Assembly (NCBI GenBank): GCA_964016885.1
Contig: OZ024742.1
Span: 339,078,001 to 339,142,000 of the forward strand
Reading direction: 5' to 3'
Length of the DNA stretch: 64,000 bases
Origin: Eledone cirrhosa
Taxonomy: Eukaryota
Under the pieces are notes generated by a model. The model was not told where the DNA came from, did no database searches, and worked only from the letters and a program-made list of their open reading frames with translations. Positions 11,938 through 26,000 of the stretch are shown here, piece after piece (position 1 is the stretch's first letter; each line of letters opens with the position of its first letter). The translations under genes and the position numbers were made by a program.

Positions 11938-12073
11938 CATCATTTTACGATCGTTTCTAGGATATATGTGTGTGTGTTGGTATGTATATCATATAGATCT
12001 ATGTAAAAATTTTACAAACTGTCAGAGGGAATATACATACCTACACATATATATGCTGTCTTCAGAAATAATG
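11938..12073 (-). ncRNA. Type I hammerhead with about 100-nt stem II, in the PLE 3' end
   Basis: Reverse complement: CATTATTT-CTGAAGA-[..GGTATGTATAT..ATATACATACC..]-GAAA-CGATCG-TA^AAATGATG; 8-bp stem I. Confidence 0.8.
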
Positions 12074-12570
12074 ATATTTGTTTATTGAAAAACACCAACA
12101 AAGATTTAATATAATAGGTCTGTTTGGGAACAGGTTTTGACCAATAGAAGAGTAGTAAGTGGTCAAGTTGATAGAATAGTAGTAGTAGAAATTTAATTTA
12201 TGGGTAGAGGAATGCAGACTTCAGTTTTGAATGGAAATAATACTTTGAATGAAAAGATTACTTTGGGGATGAAAAGAGGTCAAGCCGGTGAAAGGTACAC
12301 GAAAATTTGATGTTATTAAAGAATAATGCTAATGTTAAAATCGAAGGAGAATAAAATTTTAGGATAAATGTGTTAGTGAGAAATACCAATCTTATTAAAA
12401 ACATAAGGGATTTAGATCTATAAAAAGAAATTAAATTAATTTAATTGATAGGTATACTTATAGGGATAAATTTATATTAATTCATATAGATGTGATAAAT
12501 AAGAGTTAGATGTTATTAAAGAATGTTGTTAAAAACGAAGGAAAAAAAATGTAGGGGGGATTAGTGAGAA

Positions 12571-12750
12571 ATAATTGTTTCTACGTTAGGCACAAGGCCA
12601 GCAATTACCCAGTGCATTACTGGTACTTTATTTTATCGACCCCGTAAGGATGAAAGGCAAAGTCAACCTCGGCAGGATTTGAACTCAGATCGTAAAGGGA
12701 CGTAACTATGCTGGAAAGCATGGCGTCCGACCCTCTACCGATACTGCCGA
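12571..12750 (-). mobile_element. SINE family 1 inserted into the PLE
   Basis: Reverse complement of GGCAGTATCGGTAGAGGGTCGGACGCC...GAGTTCAAATCC...GCCTTTCATCCTTACGGGGTCGATAAA...GTAGAAACAATTATT. Confidence 0.88.
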
Positions 12751-12967
12751 GAAATAACAAACTTATATAGACTACAAGGAATTCAGATTCACAACAGGAA
12801 ATTAAAATAGTTTATATGTATACTTATAGGTATTAATTTTAGGAAAAGATAGCTGTAAAAGGGAAATAAAATTATGAAGTTCTCAGTAGTAAAATACTAA
12901 TTATAGGTTAACTAAATTTAAAAAAAACAAAAAACAATTATAATAATTTGTAAAATAAAAGTGTATA

Positions 12968-13534
12968 TTAATTAGGTTTATAATATTTGAAAGTTCTTCT
13001 AATTCTATGATTGCACGATATAATTAATTCTTGTCGCTTATTTAATAGGATATCCTTAGATTTCATTATTTCAAAAAGTTCCTGGGAACATAATCTACAC
13101 TCATATCTGTTATTTTGATAAGGGGTGGCCCTTTTGAGCACACTCCATGTCAGGTTATAATTGATATTCTTTTTTCTATAATTATTAATTATTTCAGCCA
13201 AGGATGTTGTATTAGCTAATGCGGCATTTTTAAAACTATGTTTGTGGGTATTAAATCTTACTTTAAATTGGTTAGAAGTAGCTCCTATATATGAATAAGT
13301 TGAGTCCTTAGTGGTAATTTTACATTTATATACTATGTTATTAATAAGGCAATTTCCTTTGAATGGGCAATTTGCTTTGTTTCTACAGTTACAACCATTC
13401 GTGAATATTGTATCAGGGGAGTTAGTCAAATTAGGTGTAGAATTTACTCGACTTGTTGTATGTGAAGGAGATGGTGGTTTGCTGCGGTTTATTTTATTAT
13501 TATGGTTAGTTTGATGTGTTGATGGTATATTCAT
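12968..13534 (-). pseudogene. PLE GIY-YIG endonuclease domain (C-terminal remnant of the ORF)
   Basis: GCNCRNKANCPFKGNCLINNIVYKC..YIGATSNQFKVRFNTHKHSF..TSLA..WSVL..CRLCSQE..LLNKRQEL..CNH. Confidence 0.9.
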
Positions 13535-13963
13535 GGTTTTTTTACATTTATATGCATTGTAGGCACTTATATTTTGTTGTATATTTTTGGTAGTGGAGTA
13601 GGAAAATGTGATGGTATTTATGGTTTGGCGGGAAGTTTTTCTCTAGGATAGTAAACATTTTTTTAGGGATATTATCTTTAATTTGTAGATTAAATGGAGC
13701 ATTATACCAAGTAACCCGTCTATTACAGTTTCGATGCTGATTTTTATTTTTATACGATGTATCCTGATGTTTACTAAGAGAGTTAGTATTAGTGAATTTA
13801 TTATACATATGTTTAGTTAGATTCACTGATTTAGGTGTTTCAGTCTGATTATTAGGAATTAGGGCGGTGGATTGGCAGTATCGGTAGAGGGTCGGACGCC
13901 AAGTTGCACAAGAGAAAAATAAAACAAGGAAATACATGAAATGAATGAAGAAATGCATCCCTC

Positions 13964-13980
13964 TTGTTGTGGTTGTTGTT

Positions 13981-14061
<81 letters not shown>

Positions 14062-14454
14062 CTTCTTCTTCTTCTTCTTCTTCTTCTTCTTCTTCTTCTT
14101 CTTCTTCTTCTTCTTCTTCTTCTTCTTCTTCTTCTTCTTCTTCTTCTTCTGCTTCTTCTTCTTCTTCTTCTTCTTCTCTTCACACATACTCATATATATG
14201 TACATACATACATACATACATACATACATCCATACATCCATACATCCATCCATCCACCCATCCATACATACATTATACTTATACACACATACACACATAC
14301 ATACATACATACATACATACATATTACTTACACACACATACACACATACATACATATATACATACATATTTACGTACACAATACATACATGCACATACAT
14401 ACATATATACATACGTTTATACATATATGTGCATATACATTCATACATACATAC

Positions 14455-14508
<54 letters not shown>

Positions 14509-14560
14509 TCTATATACATACATGCACACATAAATACATATATACATATATACTTACATA
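13964..14560. repeat. Compound microsatellite (GTT)n(CTT)n(CATA)n(TA)n
   Basis: Direct reading. Confidence 0.95.
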
Positions 14561-14679
14561 TATCGACACTTCAGAAATAACTAAACTAGTTGATTGATAT
14601 ATTTGTCTCAAGTGTAATCTGTTTAAGATATTTCTCTCAGAATTTCTCCAATAAAACTGTCGATCGTCTTAAGAGAGAT

Positions 14680-17385
14680 ACACAACACAACACAACACAA
14701 CACATCAGAACACAACACAACACACCAGAGCACAACACAACACAACACAACACAACACAACACATCAGAACACAACACAGCACAACACAACACAACGCAA
14801 CGCAACGCAACACAACGCAACGCAACACAACACAACACAACACAACACAACACATCATAACACAACACAACACAACACAACATAACACAATACAAGACAA
14901 CACAACACAAAACACCACACCACACCACAACATAACACAATACAACACAACACAACACAACACAACACCACACCACACCACACCACACCACACCACAACA
15001 CATCACAACACATCATAACACAACACAACACAACCCAACACATCATAACACAACACAACATAACACAATACAACACAACACAAAACACCACACCACACCA
15101 CAACATAACACAATACAACACAACACAACACAACACAACACAACACCACACCACACCACAACACATCACAACACATCATAACACAACACAACACAACATA
15201 ACACAATACACCACAACACACCACAACACATCATAACACAACACAACACAACATAACACAATACAACACAACACAACACAACACAACACAAAACACCACA
15301 CCCCAACACAACACAACACAACACAACACAACACAAAACAACACAACACAACAAAACACCACACCACACCACACCACAACGCAACGCAACGCAACGCTAC
15401 GCAACGCAACGCTACGTAACGCAACGCAACGCAACGCAACGCAACGCAACGCAACGCAACGCAACGCAACACAACACAACACAACACAACACAACACAAC
15501 ACAACATAACACAACACTATACTATACTACATCAGAACACTACACAAAACATCAGAACACTACACACCACATCAGAACACAACACAACTCTACACAACAC
15601 TACGCACCACATCAGAACACAACACAACACTACACAACACTACACAACATTGCACACCACATCAGAACACAACACAACACAACACAACACATCAGAAGAC
15701 AACACATCAGAAGACAACACATCAGAACACAACACAACACAACACACACTACACATCACAACACAGCACAACACACCACAGCACAACACAACACAACACA
15801 CGACAACACATGACAGCACATCACAACACATCACAACACATCACAACACATCACAACACAACACTACACACCATAACACAACACAGTATAACACAGCACA
15901 ACATAACACACCATAACACAACACAACACAAGACAACGCATCACAACACACCATAACACACCACAACACAAGCCAACACAACACATCACATCACATCACA
16001 TCACATCGCATCGCAACGCAACGCAACGCAACACAACGCACCGCACCGCACCGCACCGCAACGCAACACACCACAGCACACCACAACAGAATACAACACA
16101 ACATAACACAACAGAACACAACACATCATAACACAACACAACACAACATAACACAATACAACACAACACAACACACCACAACACAATACAACACAAAATA
16201 CCACACCACAACACAACACAACACAACACACCACACCACACCACACCACACCACACCACACCACACCACACCACACCACACCACACTACACCACACCACA
16301 ACAGAATACAACACAACACAACACATCACAACACATCATAACACATCATAACACAACACAACATAACACACCACAACACAATACAACACAACACAACACA
16401 ACACAACACAACACAACACAACACAACAGAATACAACACATCACACCACACCACAACATAATACAACATAACATAACACAACACAACACAACGAAACACA
16501 ACACTACACTACACTACACTACACAACACAAAACAACACAAAACAACACAACACAACACAACACAACACCACTACACTATACTACACTACACATCAGAAC
16601 ACAACACATCAGAAGACAACACAACACAACACAACACAACACTACACTACACTACACAAAACAACACTACACTACACTACACTACACTACACTACACTAC
16701 ACTACACTACACTACACTACACACCACATCAGAACACAACACTACACAACACTACACCACACTACACAACACTACACAACACTACACACCACATCAGAAC
16801 ACAACACAACACAACACATCAGAAAACAACACATCAGAAGACAACACATCAGAACACAATACAACACAACACAACAAAACACAACACAACACAACACAAC
16901 ACACCATAACACACCACAACACAACACAACACAACACACCACAACACAATACAACAGAACACACCACACCACAACAGCATACGACATATCACACCACAAC
17001 ACACCACACCACAACAGAATACAACATAACATAACACAACACAACACAACACTACACTACACTACACTACACTACACTACACTACACTACTCTACACCAC
17101 AACAGAATACAGCACACCACACCACAACACATCACAACACAACACATCACAACACATCATAACACATCATAACACAACACAACACAACACAACACACCAC
17201 ACCACAAAAGAATACAAGACAGCACACCACACCACAACACACCACACCACAACAGAATATAACATAACATAACACAACATAACACAACATAACACAACAT
17301 AACACAACATTACACACTACAAAAGACAGCACATAGACAATAGAAATACGTAGACAACACAGCACACAATACAAATACAACACAT
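14680..17385. repeat. Degenerate pentanucleotide satellite (CACAA/CACTA/CGCAA/CACCA)n
   Basis: Direct reading; source of the C/V-rich spurious ORFs. Confidence 0.95.
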
Positions 17386-17405
17386 TCTCACCCCTCCTCT
17401 CTCTC

Positions 17406-17469
<64 letters not shown>

Positions 17470-17471
17470 GA

Positions 17472-17504
<33 letters not shown>

Positions 17505-17767
17505 GTCTGTCTGTCTTTCTCCCCCCCCTCTACCTATCTATTTATTTTTTATTCATTTATCTATTTAAGTATGTATTTATTTATTTTTTCTTGCCGTTTG
17601 TCTTCTTTACACCCTCTCTCATATCTCTAATTTGCTCTACGTCCTTTTCTTGTTTAAGTTTATCATATTATTTGTGGTATATAAACGTTGAGATGTGATG
17701 AAATAAATCACAACTAATACTGGAATAGAATAATCAAGACCGTAACGGTATGTCATTTATCAAATCA

Positions 17768-17837
17768 TATATTTTGTCTGATGAGGACGTACTGAAAAAA
17801 CAACACAGTACCTTTGAAATATATATAATAAAGTATA
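17768..17837 (+). ncRNA. Type I hammerhead ribozyme
   Basis: TATATTTTGT-CTGATGA-ggacGTACTG..CAGTACcttt-GAAA-TATATA-TA^ATAAAGTATA; 10-bp stem I; same group as 36615, 39707 and 48070. Confidence 0.75.
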
Positions 17838-18163
17838 TATTTTGATTATGAGAATATTTTTCATTTGTTAATATTTTGAATAATAATAATAATAGTAATA
17901 ATAATAATAATGCTTTCTTTATTAACCACAAGGGTTTACATAAAGTAGACATTAAGGACAGTACAGGACAATACAGGACGGTACAATTGGGCATTTCTGC
18001 GTATAAAAAAAAAACAAAAACAGGATGTAACAAAAAATAACAATGAAAAATTCCCCAATAGGGGGGAGACTTCCGAGGGACATTTGTGGAGAAAGCCCAT
18101 TAAAAGGCCACAGTGACCCTGACCACCAGGGCAAGTGCCCTCTCCCAGTTTTCCACCTTTAAT

Positions 18164-21100
18164 TTACAGACACATACTCAGAGTAGGCCCATTCACTCGG
18201 GACATACTTGCTTCTTTCACCCATCTTTCAACAAAATGCTGGGAAGAGAGCACTTCCCTCTCTACCCTGATTTTCCTTTTCAAATGAAATTTGAAAAAGT
18301 CAATCAGGTCATCACCGAAGAGGTAAGTGCTCGTCTTCAGCCCTTTCAAACGTGTCCACCATACTATCTCTTTCGCCATGGCCACCAGACAGATAAAAAC
18401 TGCCTGCCCTTCCCGGCTAAAGGAAGAGGGCGGGGAAATCCTCACGATGGACTCAGCTGATAGCTGGATCCGTCCTACACGTGACAGCAGGTGTTCGACA
18501 TAAACCCACAAGTCAGCAATGCTCGGACACTGGACGAGTGCGTGCAGGACGGATTCGTCGCCTTGCGCACATCTCGGACATGCCCGGCTCACGGCACCTC
18601 CATGCCTGTAGAGTTTATCCCGAACTGGCAAAGCTCCTCGGTAGCACTGCCAGGCCAGGGATTTCTGGAAGTTGTCCATAGGACCCGGCTCGAAAGTCCT
18701 TCTGAAGAGATTGGCTCGTTGATTTTCGTCGACGCCTAGAGTTTCTGCAAGTATGTCGTCGCTCTTCCCCTCCACTAATCCTCTATAGAGCGCCAAGATG
18801 GAGTTTCCACCGATCACATTGCCCGATTGGTCGAGGACTGTGATCGCCTGAATACATTCCAGTCTCCAAGCGCTCCCTCTCGGTCCCAGGATTGCAGCTC
18901 CGTCAAGGAGACGAGCTGGGGAAAGACGCGTCTAGCAAACGGCGACCACACCTGATCACCGTCGATAAAGAGGTGGAGATGTCGTAGCCTGAGCGCGTGT
19001 CTGCGCATCATCAGCCACGGCATTCCCAGCCCTCCACGTAGAGGGTGTTGACAGCAGATGATCCGCCTGACCATCGGAGCGCGTCTCTTCCACAAAAAGT
19101 GAAAGAGCAAACGATCCAGCGCAGTCAGGCGGGGCTTAGGACAAGGTACGACGGTCAGGCGGTAGTAGATGACGGACGCGATGTACGCGTTAGCCACCTC
19201 CGCTCGACCTTTCAGGGATAGCTTCCTCTCTGCCCATTTCTGGGTGAGAGAAGCCACCCTGATCGTCACCTCGTCCCAGTTTTTGTCTGTCTGGAGGTCC
19301 GGACCGTACCAGACCCCTAGCAATTTAACCAGTCCGTCCGTCCAGCGCCCGACGACGCTGTTAGACGGCATGGACCTGCCTCTCCAGTGCCGAGCTGCAG
19401 GCCCACTGACTTTTCCTGGTTGATCTTTGCTCCTGTCACCGCTTCGTATTTTCTTAGTGTAGTGCCGATCGCCTCGATGTGTTTGGCGGTCGACACCACT
19501 ACGGTGACATCGTCCGCATATGCTGACACGGATCTTCCGCATCCTAGTTCGCGCGAGACCGCCCTCAACGTCTCCAGTTTGTGCAGTAATGGCTCGAGAG
19601 TCAATACGTACAAGAGGGACGAGAGGGGACATCCTTTGCGGACCGAGCGCATGATGTTGAACGGTTCCGAAAGGTGACCGTTCACTCTCACCACAGAGCA
19701 GATGTCGCTGTGCATGGCAGCGATCCAGCCTCTTAAGACGGGCCCAAAGCCAGCCGCCCTCAGGACTGCCGCTACGTAACGATGGTCGACTCTATCGAAA
19801 GCTTTCGACTGATCTAAATTGATCAAGGACCCACCTGTGCCAGGTTCCCTACCTACCCTCTCTACGATGTATCGCATGAGGTGGAGGTTGTCGTGGATGG
19901 ATCTGTCGGGAATGGCGCATGTCTGCGCCTCTCCGACCAGACCACCAACGACAAGCGCCAACCTCTTTGCTAGCACCTTGGCCAAAATCTTGAACTCTGT
20001 GTTTAGCAGAGTTATGGGCCTGAAATTATCTATGTTATCCCCCTTGTTCGGATCCTTTCTCAGCAGCGCCACAGCTCCTCGGCTCACAGAGCTGGGAATT
20101 CTCCCGTTCTGTTGCCATTGCAGTAGACGTCCACCAAGAGGCCTCCGAACAAGTCTGGCATCTGTACGTAAAGTTCATAGGGCAGACCATCCAAACCAGG
20201 CGATTTGCCCCTTGTGCAGCCAGTCATTGTCTCCCGTACTTCAGCGGCTGTTATCGGCTTTTCGCAACACTCCGCCTCAGTGGCCGAGAGCCGCGGCAGT
20301 CCGTCGAGGTAGACACTAAAGTCCATCTCTCGATCCGGCCCCTCGCGATGCCTTTGCTTAGCGCCTCGTCTAATTTTCTAACTAGTTCTCCCTCTACTCT
20401 ATTTTTCTCTATTGCTAAAGCCTTACTAAACCTAATGGACTCTATTCTAATCGCTCTTTTCAGAGCAAACCACCACTTGTTGTTGAAGATGGTCCCCGTC
20501 AACGCTCGCTTAACTAGTTCGCTAATCCGGTCTCTGTAGGCCTTGCGCGCTGGTAAGGACGCGTTTAGCTTCCAGTAGCCGGGTCCTCGTCTATGAAGCC
20601 TATCTAAGTCAAGCACACAGATCACAAATTTGTGGTCCGTGTAGCTGACTATCTTGAATTGTGGACAGCCTATGCTAGACCTATCTATTTCCCTACAAAA
20701 TACTCTATCTAGATATGATCTGGATGACCCTATGCGATTTATCCAAGTCCACATTGGCACATTCGGGAAATCCAATCGGTACCTGTCAGACAGTTCAAAA
20801 CGCCTGAGCAGGTTGTTGAGGCTCTTGCACCCTCCTCCCCTATCCGCTAATCCCACACAGTCCCAGCGTGAATCTAAGATCCCGTTCCAGTCGCCCACTA
20901 ATACTAAAGAGCGGGACGTTCCAAGAAAGGTCTCCAGACGCCGGAAGAAATCAGGCCGCCCTGCTCCTGTCGGGCATAGACGGCCACTAGCCTGAAAGCT
21001 TGCCCGTCTCCGCTGGTTACATCCAGCACCACCAACTTACCCTCTGGGTCCAGGAAGATGGCCCGTATGGCGAGATCAAAACCTCTCCGAAAAAGCACAT

Positions 21101-21315
21101 CAACTCCCCCCCCCCCCCGATCCAGGACGGCTGGGAGATGCGTACACATCGTAGCCGCCGAAGATCGGTGCGAAGGCCCGTGCTTCGGAGATTCTGGTTT
21201 CGCTGATGGCCACTACATCTATGTTTAGTGACCTGAGGTCTTTGAGCAGGTGGCCCTGCTTCCATGACGACCCCAAGCCACGCGCATTCATGCTGCCTAT
21301 TCTGAGTGAGGTCAT
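18164..21315 (-). pseudogene. LINE A ORF2 (APE endonuclease, RT, C-terminal CCHC), several frameshifts
   Basis: IGSMNARGL..AISET; GDWN..YLDR..TDHK; KSPGLDGLPYELY; NFRPITLLN; LDQSKAFDRV; GCPLS; AYADD; CPRC..ESVLHALVQC. Confidence 0.92.
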
Positions 21316-21349
21316 GTTGAAATGGAGTGGAAAAGATGGGAAAGACCAC

Positions 21350-22841
21350 TTACCTTACTTCTCGTAGAGGAAGGATGGTTTCTCCATCCTTTTCACTGCT
21401 TGTGGCCTCCTCCAGAAGGATGTCCTTATATATCCTCCTGGAGAGTGCTTTTCGGAAGTCTCCGATGTCTTTGGGGAATTTTTGTTTTAGTGTCGTGTAC
21501 GTTTTCTGTGTGATGCGAGTGATTTGTATGTGTGGAGGTGGTGTGAACTTTTGGGTTGTTTTGTAGTCTTTTTCTCTTATGCTGGTGTTGTGTTGGATGT
21601 AGTGTAATAATTGGTTGTTGTTCAAATTTAATGCTGTGTAGTGTGTTTCGTTTTGGTTGTTTTGTTTTGTTTGCGTTTGTTGTGGGTTTGTTTCTGTTTC
21701 GCTTTTTGGTGACTTTTGTGGTGTTGGTGATGGTGGTGTTGGGGTTAATGATGGTGATGGTGTAGGTGTTTGTGGTGATGGGGTTGGTGATGCTGGTGTG
21801 GATGGTGGCATATCTGTCTTAACTTTTTTGTTTGATAGTTTATTTGTTTCCCTCTGTATTTTGTTTTGGAGGGGGAAGGAAGAGAATTTTTTCTTTTTTG
21901 GTTTCTTTTTCTTTTTTCTTTTTTTCGCTTGGATCAGGAGCTCCATCCCAGATCCGGACCAGTTCTCCTGCTTTTCTTTCGCTATTTCGATTATCTTGGT
22001 CTTGGCTTCTATGCCGGCGAGGATGGCAGCCATTAGCCGGGGAATTTCGATGGCCGGTGGAACCTGGGTGACCCTGATCTTCACGAGTCTCTGGCCACAA
22101 TAGCTTGGGACGAGTGTGAAGTCGTCACTTCTTAATGGGGCCATGGAGTGTTCTCTGGCCTCCTGTGGTGTTTCAAAGAACACGTCCACGGTTCCATATT
22201 TCTGCCCACGTCAGATGTGGGGTTTTTTTCCCACACATGTCCCAAAGCTTTTTGGATTTGGGACTCGGATGCCCGTTCCACTCGGCGCGATTTTATGTTA
22301 ATCGTCCGATAAGACACGGTGCATAGGCGCCGATGCTCCATTTTATTAGGTGGGTGGGGTGGGGGTGGGGGTGGGTGAGGCTGACCCTGTACCCATCTTT
22401 CTTTACCATTTTTTTGGCTTCATCTAATTCCTCCTGAGTTACCTGGAATGCTTCGCACTTTTTTGCTACTCTGGCAAAAGACAGGGTTTTCTTATTCTCA
22501 TTGTTGCTGTTGTTGTTATCGTTATTTTTGTTATTGTTAATTTTAGTTTCAGTTGTGGTGGTGGTGGCGTCAGTGGTGTTCGGTGTGGAAGAGTTCATTT
22601 CGATATCACGAGATAATATATTTTTTTCTTTTGTTTCTGTTGTCGCTGTGGTGGTGGTGGCGGTGGCGGCTTCAACACCTGCAGTCATTGGTAATGACGG
22701 GAAATGAATGTCTGCCTGACACAAATTTAAAATATTTCTACTGCTTATATTTTTAGTGTTGGCAAACGTAGTAATATTTACAATGGTGGTGTTGGTGTGA
22801 GGTGTTAGTTTGTGAGGAAGGTGTGACTCTGAGTCGTCCAT
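21350..22841 (-). pseudogene. LINE A ORF1 (frameshifted, probably internally deleted)
   Basis: Directly upstream of ORF2; SFARVA motif, RRM-like VDVFFETPQEA..KIRVTQVPP, basic and Pro/Thr-rich tail. Confidence 0.7.
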
Positions 22842-23057
22842 GATTTTTCAAAAGAAAAATTTTTTGTTTGATAATTATAAAAGTTTAAATTTTTTGGGCT
22901 CAAGGCCCCAATCTTTTTGAGTGTCCTTTTCAGAAAACAATGTATGTGCACTTATATACAGTTAACAATAAAAATTTTCCATAAATGGCAATTTTAAACA
23001 ACTGAAAATAACAAACCTTTGCGGAGCTCACGATGATACGATTTACTAAGTAGGTGG

Positions 23058-26000
23058 CCAATAATAATAATAATAATGATTTCATTTATTGGCCACAAGG
23101 GCCGACATATAGGGGACAATACAAAAGACTGGGACAGTGGGGCTTTACAGAAAAATCGAGTAAACAATATGAATAACAATAACAAAGTAACAATAAAGTA
23201 ACAAGAAAATTACAAGAAAAAATTCCCCAATAGGGGGGATGACCACCTAGGGTTCGCTCAGGTACCCCACCAGTCCTGAACGACAGGACGCTTCGAGAGC
23301 ACAGTGGAAGGGCACACCTCTCCTCCTCAAATTTACCTACCTACAGCCGCATGACCAGAGTAGGCCCACTCACACGGGTCATTTTCGCCACATTCACCCA
23401 CCTTTCAGCAAATGTACTGGGGGGAAGCACTTCTCTCTCCACCCTCACCTTCCTTCCAAGTGAAACTTGAAAAAGTTGATGAGGAGTTGGCCGAAGAGAA
23501 AAGTGTCTGCCTTCAGTCCTTTCAACCTCGTCCACTATACAACCTCTTTCGCCACTGCCACCAGACAGAGGAAAATTGCCTGCCCTTCCTGGCCAAAAGA
23601 AGGTGGCGGGTCGATCTTCACTATGGACTCGGCCGATAGCCGGATCCGTTCTACACGCGACAACAGGTGTTCAACATAACTCCACAAGTCAGTAATGCAC
23701 GGACACTGGACGAGTGCGTGCAGAACGGTTTCGACGCTCTGCGCGCATCTCGGGCAGGTCCGTCTGACAGCACTTCCGTGCCTGTAGAGTTTATCTCGAA
23801 CCGGCAGTGCCCCCCGGTAGCACTGCCAAGCGAAGGATTTTTGGAAATTATCCATCGTCCTCGGCTCGAAAGTCCTCCGGTACAGACTGGCTAGTTCGAC
23901 TTCGTCGACTCCCAGAGCCTCTCCGAGAGCGTCGTCGCACTTGCCCACCACTAATCCTCTATAGAACTCGAGAGTGGAAGTTCCACTGACAGCATTGCCC
24001 GCCTGGTAGAGGGCAGTGAGTGCCTGGCAACATTCCAGATGCCAGTCACCCAGTCTCGGTCTCTTCTTGACCCAGGACTGCAGCTCAGTCAAAGAAACGA
24101 GCTGCGGAAAGGCCCGTCTGACAAACGGCGACCACACCTGTTCACCGTTTAGGCAGAATATCTGGAGATGCCGCAGCCTCAGCACGCGCCTGCGCATCAT
24201 TAGCCACGGCATGCCAAGCCCTCCACGTAGAGGGTGCTGGCAACAGATAGACCGCCTCACCAGCGGAACCTGACCCCTCCACAAGAATTTGAAGAGGAGC
24301 CGCTCCAAGATGGCGAGGCGCGAACGTGGGCAAGGGAAGACGGTCAGACGGTAGTATATGACTGACGCGATGTACGCGTTCGCCACCTGAGCCCGACCTT
24401 TCAGTGATAGCTTCATCCCAGCCCATTTCTGGGTGAGACTGGCTTCTCTGCCCGTCACCTCGTCCCAATTCTTATCCACCTGGAGGTCTGGCCCGAACCA
24501 AACCCCTAGCAACTTTACCGGTCCGTCCGTCCAGCGCCTAACGACGCTGTTGGACGGCATGGACTTGCCTCTCCAGGTGCCGAGTTGCAAGCCCACCGAC
24601 TTTTCCGGGTTAAGTTTTGCTCCCGTCAAGCTTTCATATTCCTCCAATAAGTTGCCGACCACCTCGATTTCTGAGGTGTCCGACACCATCACGGTGATGT
24701 CGTCCGCATAAACCGACACAGCCTTTCCGCGTCCCGGTTCGAGCAGTAAAGGCTCGAGAGTCAATACGTACAGAAGGGAGGAGAGAGGGCACTCTTGACG
24801 GACCGATCGGGAGACCTGAAACCGTTCCGAGAGGTGGCCATTAATTTTGACCATCGAGCAGGTGCCGCTGTGCATTGCAGCGATCCGGGGCCGAAGCCAG
24901 CCGCCTTGAGGACAGCCTCCAGGTACCGATGGTCGACCCTATCGAATGCTTTCGATTGATCTAAATTGATCAGAGCCCCACCGAAGCCAGGTTTACACCC
25001 TACCCTCTCTATGATGTATCGCATTAGCTGCAGGTTGTCGTGTATGGACCTGGTTGGGATTGCGCAAGTTTGCGCCTCCCCAACCAAATCCCCGACGACA
25101 AGCGCCAACCTCTTCGCTAACACCCTGGCCAAAATCTTAAACTCTGTGTTGAGTAGAGTTATGGGCCTGAAATTGTCTAATGTGTCCCTCGTGTTCCCGT
25201 CTTTCCTTATCAGCGTCACTACGCCCGGCTCACAGAACTGGGAATACTCCCGTTTTGCTGCCAGTTGCAGTAGAGGGCTTCGAGGAGATTGGAGAACAAG
25301 TCTGGCATATTTACGTAAAGCTTGTAAGGCAGACCATCCAAACCGGGTGACTTGCGCCTCATGCAGCCGACAAGGGCATCCTGAATCTCGGCTGAAGTAA
25401 TTGGCCTTTCGCAGCGCCCAGCGTCAGCCGTCGAGAGTTGCGGCAAGCCATCGAGGTAGGGACTGAAGTCCGCCACCATCTCTGACCCGCCACTTCCCCA
25501 GAACAACCGAGCAAAATGTTGGCGAAAGGCCTCACACATCCTCTTGGAATCGCTCAGCTCGTGCTCGTCTCGGTCCGTCAAAGACCGAATCGTGGTTTTA
25601 TTACCACGCTGCGCCTCTGCCACGCGGGCCCATCGAATAGCTTTGGTTCACTCGTTTCTCAGAGCACGCGCCTTAGCTCTGACAATGCAACCTCCGTGTT
25701 TCGCATTGAAGAAATGGTCTAATGCCATTCTCGCCGCTAGCACGTCAGTTGCAATGCCACTACCAATAGCCTCGTCTAACTTATCTACCAACTCCCCCCG
25801 CCTTTCTATTTTTCTCTAACGCTACTTCTTTGCTAAACTCTATCGACATTATTCTAATCTCTCTTTTCATAGCCCCCCCCCCTCCACCATCTATTGTTGA
25901 CGACTCCCCCTGTCAACTTTTTGTTAACTAAATTGTTGACCTGGTCCCTGTAAGCCGCACATGCCAGAAATGACATGTTTAGCTTCCAGTAACCAGGTCA

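Larger units (their letters stand above)
11881..13860 (-). mobile_element. 5'-truncated Penelope-like element: linker, GIY-YIG and HHR-bearing 3' region
   Basis: WYNAPF linker, CNC-x5-C-x5-C, GIY-YIG motif, HHR near the 3' end, ends in (TA)n. Confidence 0.88.
17879..23057 (-). mobile_element. Near full-length L1/Tx1-clade LINE (element A), frameshifted
   Basis: ORF1 plus APE-RT-CCHC ORF2; 3' end AATAAAGAAAGC(ATT)n. Confidence 0.9.
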
